Under the pieces are notes generated by a model, which made no database searches, was not told the DNA's origin, and saw only the letters and a program-made list of their open reading frames with translations. From positions 512,001 to 576,000 of the forward strand of contig CAVYKI010000003.1 of NCBI GenBank assembly GCA_963769025.1: a DNA stretch of 64,000 nucleotides, given 5' to 3'. The position numbers and the translations under genes were made by a program. Source of the stretch: an uncultured Verrucomicrobiae bacterium. Lineage in GTDB: Bacteria > Verrucomicrobiota > Verrucomicrobiia > Chthoniobacterales > Chthoniobacteraceae. Positions 55,261 to 64,000 of the stretch are shown piece after piece. Within the stretch, counting starts at the first letter, position 1, and the number at the start of each line of letters is the position of its first letter.

Positions 55261-56050
55261 GCGCGGAAAGAACGCGGCGCCGTCCTTTGCATGGACGGTG
55301 AGACCGGAGGACTTCCAATCGGCGGCGGCCTCGACGTTGTTCACCTCCGGCGGCGGATCGATCAGCAGAAACGCACGGCGCTTCTGGCAATACGTCATGG
55401 CCGCGGCGAAGATGTCGTTGGGGCTGACGGTCGCGTCGAGCTTGGCGGGATTTCCGGCCTGGGCGAGCGTGGCGTCGGGGATCGAGAGCAGGTTGAAGAG
55501 GTCAACTTTCTCGAGGGCATAGATGCCGGTGAACGCGGCTTCGTTGCCGATGAGGTCGGCCGTCTTCGGGAGTTCGGTCCCATCGTCGCCGAGCGTCCCC
55601 TTTTTCTGTGCGAGCGCATCGCGTGTCGTGCCCAGCCAGTAGCGTCCGACGTTGGCGGTGGCATTGGCAGCGCCGAGTTTCACGTCGCCGAGCGCGTTAT
55701 TCGCCGCCGGAGTGCCCGCGGTGAAAGTGAGCGATGCGTCGTAGGCCGCGATATCCGCACCGAAGTCGGCGATGACGCGGACCCCGAGGCCGGAACTGCT
55801 GGGGACACAACGCACGGCGGCGCCGGCGACATCGGGCACATCTTGGAGGGCCAGATTGATCTTTCGCTCCAAGAGGCGGCACAGGCCGAGCACCGACGTG
55901 GGAAGGGTCTCGTCCTTCGCGATGAAGGGGACGGTGACTGCGGCAATTTTCCCGGCGGGAAGGTCGCTGGTGATCTTGAACGAGTAGTCCTTGAGGTTAT
56001 CCAGATCCGCAAAATCGATGTCGCCACCGGCCGTACCGACCCAAGATTCG
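55261..56050 (-). pseudogene. Internal fragment of a contractile tail sheath protein (phage/eCIS)
   Basis: TGIYALEKVDLFNLLSIP...YCQKRRAFLLIDPP...AAFFPR matches the sheath subtilisin-like domain. The N-terminus and conserved C-terminal domain are missing. Confidence 0.75.
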
Positions 56051-56084
56051 AAGGGGCGGAGCTACGGGACTGGCAGCGCCATCA

Positions 56085-56843
56085 TCAGCCGTTCCACGAA
56101 TTGCCGTCCCAGCGGATCACGCGCTCGATCAGCGACGCCACGTCATCCGCGAACAGGCGGAACAGCGTCTCGCCTTTCTCCGCCGAGGCGAGATGCGGCT
56201 GGCCGATGTGGCCGGGCACGGTGCGCTCGCGCGTGATCCAGCCCCGGGTCGCGGGCGCGAATGACGGGGTAAAATCCACCGGCGGCGTTTTGCGATAGTC
56301 GCCGACGAGCTGCGGCGCGATGCGGAGCATCATCGACGTCTCCCACTCGCACGCGTGGCCCATCTGGCGCTGCACGAGCGTCGCGTCTGTCTCCCACGGC
56401 CGCGCGCCGAGGTCCCAATACGTCGAGAAGATCAAGGCCACATCATCGCGCTGCCGGTGCCGCTGCCGCAGCTCGAACACCGCCTGCTTCCCGGGGACGT
56501 CGTTCCCGCCGTGCCCGTTCACGAAGACGATGCGCCGGAATCCGTGCCGGACGAAATTTTCCGCCAGCCCGTTCAGCATGTCGAGATACACGCGCGGCGC
56601 GGCCGAGAGTGTGCCGGAGAAATCCAGGTGATGGTCGGAGTTTCCCAGCCACATCAACGGCGCAAAAAGTGCGGATTTCTCAAACCGCGCCGCCACACGC
56701 CTCACGATTTCGCCGCACAGCATGCTGTCGGTGAACAACGGCATGTGATGCCCGTGCTGCTCGAGTGCCGCGACGGGGATGATGACCGGCGTGTCCTTCG
56801 GGAGTGCCGCCACGACAGGCCAGGGGAGATCCGTGAGATTCAT
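56085..56843 (-). CDS. Creatininase family protein
   Basis: EQHGHHMPLFTD, SDHH..FSGT, NGHGGN and HACEWETS. Confidence 0.92.
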   Translation of the reverse strand: MNLTDLPWPVVAALPKDTPVIIPVAALEQHGHHMPLFTDSMLCGEIVRRVAARFEKSALFAPLMWLGNSDHHLDFSGTLSAAPRVYLDMLNGLAENFVRHGFRRIVFVNGHGGNDVPGKQAVFELRQRHRQRDDVALIFSTYWDLGARPWETDATLVQRQMGHACEWETSMMLRIAPQLVGDYRKTPPVDFTPSFAPATRGWITRERTVPGHIGQPHLASAEKGETLFRLFADDVASLIERVIRWDGNSWNG

Positions 56844-56900
56844 GATGCGACTCTGTCAGAATGCTTTCCAGATTGGCCAGCCCCGGCGAGCGAGTCCGTG

Positions 56901-57110
56901 CTAGGCGAGAATCTCCCGGAGCACGCTGCCGTGATCGCGTTCGAGCCGTTTGCGACCGGGGACTTCGAGTCGGCGGGAGTCGAGGCCGAGCTGGTGCATG
57001 ATGGTCGCATGCACATCGGTGACATAGTGCGGGTGCTCGGTGACGAGGAAGCCTAGTTCGTCCGTCGCGCCCTGGATCGTTCCGCCTTTGATCCCGCCTC
57101 CGGCCATCCT
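56901..57110 (-). pseudogene. C-terminal fragment of a DUF1501 gene
   Basis: [19 protein letters not shown]...[15 protein letters not shown]; only the last ~68 codons remain. Confidence 0.8.
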
Positions 57111-57127
57111 CCGCGTTTTGTCCCCAC

Positions 57128-57168
57128 GATGGGGCATTCTGCGGGGTTGTGTTTGGGAATGCCCCATC
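57128..57168. repeat. 12-bp perfect inverted repeat at the truncation junction
   Basis: GATGGGGCATTC (57128-39) and GAATGCCCCATC (57157-68). Confidence 0.8.
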
Positions 57169-59400
57169 TCGCCTCATCATTTCCATTGCTGCTCGTCTGC
57201 AGCGCCGTCCTCGCAGCCATCACGTTGCGCGGCTCTGCGGCGGGGGCGGAGCGTCCGGTGAGTTTTGCGAATGACGTGATGCCGATCCTGACGAAGGCGT
57301 CGTGCAACTCCGGCGCGTGCCATGCGAAGGCGGGGATGGGGCAGCGCGGGTTCCGGCTGTCGCTGCTCGGCTTTGAGCCGGAGGAGGATTACGAGCACAT
57401 CGTGAAGGAAGGGCACGGGCGGCGTGTTTTCCCGGCCGCGCCGGAGCAGAGCCTGCTGCTGCTGAAGGCGGCGAACATCGTGCCGCACGGCGGCGGGAAG
57501 AAGCTCGATCCGAAGTCGGACGGCTACAAGACGATCGTCCGGTGGATCGGCGAAGGCATGGCCTTTTGGAAAGGACACGGACGCGAAGCTGGTGTCCATC
57601 GAGGTGCAGCCGAGCAAGGGCTCGATGAAGGTCGAACTCGCAGCAGCAGCTCAAGGTGCTCGGCGCACTACTCCGACGGCTCGGTCCGCGATGTGACGCG
57701 CACGGCGCTCTACGAGCCGAACGACAAAAACATGGCGGAGACGGGCGAGGACGGGCTGGTGAAGATCGCTCGATCTCCCCGGCAACGTCGCGGTGATGGT
57801 GCGCTATCAGGGGCTGGTGTCGGTTTTCAGCGCGTCGATTCCGCTCGGCGCCCCGGTGGAAAATCTGCCGCCGGCGAAGAACTTCATCGACGAGCTGGTC
57901 TTTGCGAATCTGAAGCGGATCGGCATGCCGCCGTCGCCGGTGTGCGACGATGCGACGTTCCTGCGCCGCGTCTCGCTCGATATCGCCGGCCGTCTGCCGA
58001 CCGATGGAGGAGACGAAGGCGTTCCTCGCGAGCAAGGACGCCGGACAAGCGCGACCAGCTGATCGAGACGCTGCTGCAGCAGCCCGGACTACGCGGATTA
58101 CTTCGCCGAACAAGTGGACGCCGCTGCTGCACAACAAGCGCGACGCGGCCAGCGACATCACGGCGAACTTCGCCTTCCACTCCTGGGTGCGCGACAGCCT
58201 GCTCGCGAACACGCCGTACGACCAGATGGTGCGCGAGCTCCTCGCCGCGACCGGGACGATCGCATCGAATCCCGCCGTCGCCTGGTACAAGCGCGTGAAG
58301 GAGCCGACGCAGCAGCTCGAGGACGTGGCGCAGCTTTTCCTCGGCGTGCGGATGCAGTGCGCGCAGTGCCATCACCATCCGTTCGAGCGCTGGAGCCAGG
58401 ACGACTACTACAGCTTCGCGGCGTTCTTCAGCCAGGTCGGCCGCAAGCCGACGACGACCGCGGGCGAGGACCTGATCTTCCACAAGCGCGGCATCGCGCA
58501 GACGGAGAACAAGAAGACCCGGCTGCCGGTGAAGCCCGCCGCGCTCGGCGCGCCGACGCTGGACATTCCGCCGGACGAAGATCCGCGCCTGCAGCTCGCC
58601 GACTGGCTGAGCGACAAGACGAATCCGTTCTTCGCCAAGTCGCTGGTGAATCGTTACTGGAAGCACTTCTTCCAGCGCGGCCTGATCGAGCCGGAGGACG
58701 ACATCCGCGACACGAATCCGCCGACCAATCCCGAGCTGCTCGACGCGCTGGCGAAGCACTTCATCGAGAGCGGCTACGATCTGAAGGACGTGGTGCGCGT
58801 CGATCACGCAGTCGACGCACCTACCAGCTCAGCGCGAAGCCGAACGAGCACAACGGCGTCGATCGGCAGAACTTCTCGCGCTATTACCCGAAGCATCTGC
58901 CGGCCGAGGTGCTGCTCGATGCGATCGACCAGTTCACCGGCACGCAGACGGACTTCGCCGACCTGCCGCCGGGCACGCGCGCGATCGCGCTGCCGGACAA
59001 CAGCTACAACCGCAGCTCGCGGTTTCCTGAAAGTGTTCGGCCGGCCGGAAGGCGCGAGCGTCTGCGAGTGCGAGCGCGTGCAGTCGTCGAGCCTCGCGCA
59101 GAGCCTGCACCTCATGAATGCCGCCGACGTGAAGGCGAAGCTCGCCACGAGCAATGGCCGCGCGGATCGCCTGGCGAAGGCGACGGCGCCGGAATCCGGA
59201 GAAGCTCCGCGAGCTTTACCTCGCCGCATTTTCCCGCGAGCCGCGCGCGGACGAGTTGCAGATCGCCGAGGCGTATCTCGCCAAGCCGCGCTTCGACGCC
59301 GCAGGGCAAGCCGCTCGACCCGCAGACGGCCAAGCGCCAGGCCTACGAGGACCTCCTCTGGGCGCTGATCAACACCAAGGAATTTCTCTACAACCACTGA
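57159..59400 (+). CDS. Ig-like + DUF1549/DUF1553 protein (frameshifted)
   Basis: [45 protein letters not shown] and EFLYNH. Confidence 0.88.
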
Positions 59401-59404
59401 TCGC

Positions 59405-61685
59405 ATGTTCCGTCCCTCCATCCTCCCCGTCCTCGCTCGGCGCCGCGTCGCTGTGGCTCGCTTCCGCATCCGTCGCCCAGCAGGTCTGCCTGCCGGCGCC
59501 GCGCCTGCTCACGCTCATGCCGATGGGCGGCCAGGCGGGCACGAGCGTCGAAGTCGACGATCACCGGCGAGAACATCGACGACGCGAGCGAGCTGCTCTT
59601 CTCCACGCCGAAGATCACCGCGAAAGCGAAGACCGCGCGCGGACGGAAAGGTGGAGCCGAACAAGTTCATCGTCACCATCGCCGCCGACGCGCCCGCGTC
59701 GGCGTGCATGATGCCCGGGTGATGACCCGGCTCGGCATTTCGTCGGCGCGCGCATTTTCCGTCGGCACGCTGCCGGAGGTGACGCGCGACGAAGCCGAAC
59801 ACCTCGCTCGCGAACCGCGCTGGAACTCAAGCCGAACTCCGTCTGCAACGCGGCGATGACGAAGCGCGCGGTCGATTTCTACTCCTTCGAGGCGACGAAG
59901 GGCAAGCGCGTGGTCGTGGACTGCGCAGCGGCGGGCATCGACTCGAAGCTGACGCCGTGCTCATCGTCGCCGATGCGCAGGGGCGCGATCTGCTCGGTGA
60001 ACCGCACCGGCGGCGTGCTCGACTTCACGCCGCCCGCCGACGGCAGGTATCTCATCAAGGTGCACGACCTCACGTTTCAAGGCGGGCCCGAGCATTTCTA
60101 TCGTCTCGCGCTGCTGGACGCGCCCGGCACCGGGCCCGACGCCGCGCCAGCCGGCGACGGGCACGGTGAGCTCCATTCTCGTGGACGCCCGGAGGCCTCG
60201 GCGAAGCTCCCGCAAACGCGCGGAGACGGAGCCGAACAACCAGCACGGCGAAGCGCAGAAGATCACGCTGCCGTGCGACGATCGCGGGCCGCTTCTTTCC
60301 CGGCGGCGGATGTGGACACCTTCGAGTTCACCGCGAAGAAGGGCGAGGTGTGGTGGATCGAGGTCGCCTCGGAGCGGCTCGGGCTTGCCGACCGATCCGT
60401 TCGTCCTCGTGCAGCGCGTCACGACGGAAGGCGGCGCGGAGAAGCTCACGGACGTCGCGGAACTCAACGACATCGCCCAGCCCGATGAAGCTGTCCACCA
60501 ACGGCTACTCCTACGACGGCCCGCCCTACGACGCCGGCTCGGCCGATCCGCTCGGCAAGCTGGAGATCAAGGAAGACGGCATCTATCGGCTGCAAATGCG
60601 CGACCTTTTCGGCGGCACGCGCGACCGAACCCGAACCACATCTACCGGCTCATCGTGCGGAAGGCGGCGCCGGACTTCGCGCTCGTCGCCTGGGCGCTGC
60701 ACATGACGCTGCGCAACGGCGACCGCAACGCGCTCTCGAAGCCGATCGCCCTGCGCGGCGGCGCGACGATGGCGCTGGAGGTCGTCGTCGGTGCGCAAGG
60801 ACGGCTTCGACGGCGAGATCGAGCTGGCGCATGGAGGACCTGCCCGCGGGCGTCAGCGCATGCGGCCTGAAGATTCCCGCCGGCAAGACGCAAGGGCATG
60901 ATGCTGATCACCGCGCAGGAAGACGCAGCCGCGCTCGTTTGCGACCGTGGCGAAGATCGTCGGCCGCGCGCAGATCGATGGCGCGACCGTGAGCCATGCG
61001 GGCCGGCTCGCCTCGATGGCATGGCCGTGCGCGACGCGACCCAGGAGATTCCGAGGCCGCGCCTGCTGGCCGATGTGCCGGTGTCGGTCGGCGCATTGCG
61101 AAGGCGCGCCGCTCAGCGATCGCGCCGCGGAGAAGAAGGTCTGGGAGGCGACGGCAGGCGACAAGCTCACCATTCCGCTCAAGGTGACCTGGCGCAGCGA
61201 ATTCGCCGGCACGTCGATCAAGCTGAAGGCGTTTGGCGATGGCCTCGAAGGCGTGAAGGAATTCGACGTGCCTCTGAAGGCAGCCAGCCCCGAAGCGGTG
61301 CTCGACCTGGCCGCACTGAAGACTCCTCCCGGCGAATACACCGTCGCATTCTACGGCCCCGCCGTGGTCAAGTACCGCCACAATCCCGACGCGGTGAGAA
61401 CCGCTGAGCAGGAGCAAAAGAAGGCCGAGCAGGAAGCGCTGGCCATCGCTGAAGCCGCCAAAAAGCTCGCCGACGAGGCGAAGGCCGCACCCGCGGGGAA
61501 AAAATGCCGAGGCTGACAATGCGGCGAGGGCGGCGGCGGATAAGCTGAAGGCCGCGGAAGCCATGAAGGCAACCTCTGCGATTCGCATGAAGGCCGCGAC
61601 CGACGCCGCGATGCCGAAGGACACGGCGGAAATCGTGGTCTCGGAACCGATCCGGATTCTCATCAAGGCAGCGGCCAAGAAATGA
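59405..61685 (+). CDS. PPC-domain/serine-protease-annotated protein (heavily frameshifted)
   Basis: PMGGQAGTSVEV, ETEPNN, DVDTFEF and YRLIVR...PDFAL; paralogous architecture to 41957..43633. Confidence 0.75.
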
Positions 61686-64000
61686 GCCGCCGCCTTTCGA
61701 CCACCATGGGCGATGGGCGCAGGCGTGCTGTTCCTCATCAGCACTTCGGCGATGGGCGCCGAGCTCGATTTTTACCGCGACGTCTATCCGTTGCTGAAGG
61801 CCAACTGCATCTCCTGCCACAACAAGACCACGACCAAAGGCGGGGCTGAACATGGAGTCGCCGGAGCTGATGAAAAAGGGCGGCGACACCGGGCCCGGAC
61901 TCATCCCCGGCAAAGGGCGCGGAAAGCCTCATCGTGCCGCGCGGCCGCGCATCTCGACGAAGACCTGCTCATGCCACCCAAGAACAACAAATCCGGCGCG
62001 GTGGATCTCACGACGAGCGAGGTCGAGCTGTTGAAAACGTGGATCGACCAGGGCGCGAAGCAATCCGTCCAGCAGGCGCGGCAAGTGGCGTGGCAGCCGC
62101 TCCCGCCAGGCGTGAATCCGATCTACACCGTGGCGATGACGAAGGACGGGCGCTTCGCCGCATGCGGACGCGCGAATCAGATTTTCCTGTACGATCTCGC
62201 GACGCGGCAGTTCATCACGCGCCTCGCCGATTCCAGCGGCGTCGCGCATCGCTCGCTGGTGCAGTCGCTGGCGTTCAGCCCGGACGGCACGCGGCTCGCG
62301 AGCGGGAGTTTCCGCGAGGTGAAAATCTGGCGTCTTGAGAATGGGAAGCCTGCGCCGGCAACCACGGACGCCGCGCCTTCCCGGCAGGCTGACGAGGCAC
62401 TGCTCAAGAAAGTCGCGGACACAGCGCAAGGTGGAGATTTTGAACCACGCGCTCTCACCCGACGGCAAACAGCTCGCTACCGGCTGCGCCGACGGCTCGG
62501 TGCGCGTGTGGGACGTGGCGACGGCGAAGCCGATCATCGAGTTGCGCGGCAGCGTGGCGGCGAGCCGACAGATCGCGGCGCTGGAGTGGACGGTCGCGGC
62601 GCAGGCACTGGAGCAGTCATTTCACAAGTCCGAGGTGACCCGCATCGAGGCGCAGAACAAGGCGCTCGACGAACTGCTCAAGAAGGCGAACGACACCATC
62701 GTGGCGATGAAGAAGGCGCTGCCGGAAAAGGAGAAGGCCGTGAAGCCGGCGCAGGAAGCGAAGGCCGCTGCGCAGAAGGCGCTGGACGACGTGGCCGCCC
62801 TCATCGCAAAGGCGCCCGATGGCAAACCGGATGCCGCGCTTGCGAAGCAGCAGAAGGACGCGCTCGACAAGCTCGCCATTGCCACGAGGGCGGAGAAGTC
62901 GGCGGTCGCCGCGTTTTGCGGCGGTCGAAAGCAACATCAAGGACGCGGAGACCGACGTGAAACGCATCACCGAGGCGAAGGCGAGGAACATCGCGGAACT
63001 GGCTGCCGTGAATGCCGCGATCGACGGCGGCGAAGAAACTGCAGGACAAGGCCGCCGCCGAACTCGCCGCATTGCAGCAGGCGCTCGCGAAGGGCGGCGC
63101 GAAGCCGCATGGCCGTGGCCTTTTCCGCGGATGCGCAGAAAGTCGCCGCGATGCTGGGCGACGGCACGCTCACCGTCTGGGCCGTCGCCTCGGGAATCCC
63201 CATCGAGGAAATCGGCGGCTCAACCGCTCCCGTGACGACGCTGACCGCCGCGCCGGACGGGACTTTCACCGCGTCGAAGACGGTGACTTTGACGACGGCC
63301 GCCGCGCCGCGCTGGGTGCTGGAGCGAACGCTCGGCGGGGAGGCGGGCGACTCTCCTTTTGCCGATCGCGTGAATGCCGTGCGCTTCAGTCCGGACGGCA
63401 AGACTGCTCGCGACCGGGGGCGGCGAACCTTCGCGCTCCGGCGACATCAGCCTCTTCGATGCGACGAGCGGCAAGCTGCTAAAATCGTGGAACGAGCGGC
63501 ATTCGGACGCCGTGCTCAGCCTCGATTTCTCCCCCGACGGAAAACTCCTCGCCTCGGGCGGCGCGGACAAGATCGCACGCGTCACGGACATCGCGACCGG
63601 CAGGCAGGTGAACCTCTTTGAAGGCCACACGCACCACGTGATGGGCGTCGCGTTCCGCGCGGATGGCCGCGTGCTCGCGACCGCAGGTGGCGACGGGGTC
63701 GGTGCTCGTGTGGGACATGATCATCGGGCGAGCGGAAGAAGAAGATCGAAGGCTGGGCGAAGGAGGTCACCTCGCTTGCAGTTCATCGGTGCCACGCAGC
63801 AGATCGTCACCTCGGCCGGCGACAATCTCATGCGCATCGTCAACGACGACGGCACGGAGGTCCGCGCCATGGCGAAGCTGCCCGATTTCATGCAAGCCGC
63901 CGCAAGCACCGCGAACGCGAGCGTGATCATCGGCGGCGGCGAGGACAGCGTGCTGCGCGTCTGGGACGGTACGAATGGCAAGGAACTCGCCGTCTTTGGA
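61682..64000 (+). CDS. Planctomycete cytochrome c + WD40 repeat protein with coiled-coil insert (runs off window; frameshifted)
   Basis: DFYRDVYPLLKANCISCH; repeated FSPDG..LA and VRVWD motifs; Ala/Lys-rich helical stretch at about 62570-63100. Confidence 0.85.

Noticed and set aside
54616..56050. Intact prophage or functional tailocin
   Set aside because: Only gene fragments are present; no tube, baseplate, capsid, terminase or integrase.

Overview
High-GC bacterial chromosomal window, most consistent with a Verrucomicrobiota (Chthoniobacter-like) or other PVC-superphylum organism; this is inferred from gene content, not from a marker gene. Many genes, including housekeeping ones, are split by single-base indels, which looks like an unpolished long-read assembly. 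1-18.5 kb holds housekeeping and envelope genes: 5-formyl-THF cyclo-ligase, apaG, thiD, a radical SAM gene plus an Lgt-like gene, a WecB/TagA glycosyltransferase, a GDP-mannose-3,5-epimerase-like gene, a GlcD-like oxidase, fabV, a two-component system and an HpnO-like aminotransferase. 18.5-26.4 kb holds secreted beta-propeller, cupredoxin/PA14, DUF1080 and sugar-dehydrogenase/cytochrome c genes, plus an orphan cassette with a structured RNA leader. 26.5-64 kb is a dense cluster of PVC-type DUF1501, DUF1549/DUF1553, DUF1592/DUF1552, PPC-domain and WD40-cytochrome c genes. That cluster is interrupted at 54.6-57.2 kb by a rearrangement scar carrying a contractile tail-sheath fragment fused to a beta-helix gene fragment (probable eCIS relic) and a truncated DUF1501. 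No rRNA, tRNA, CRISPR array, integrase or transposase was recognised. Best leads: the structured-leader orphan cassette (22.8-23.6 kb), the eCIS-like relic, the radical SAM 3'-end duplication flanking an AT-richer membrane ORF, in-frame heptamer insertions in several genes, and the repeated DUF1501/PSD1/PPC/WD40 module. Family names come from recalled motifs, not from database searches.
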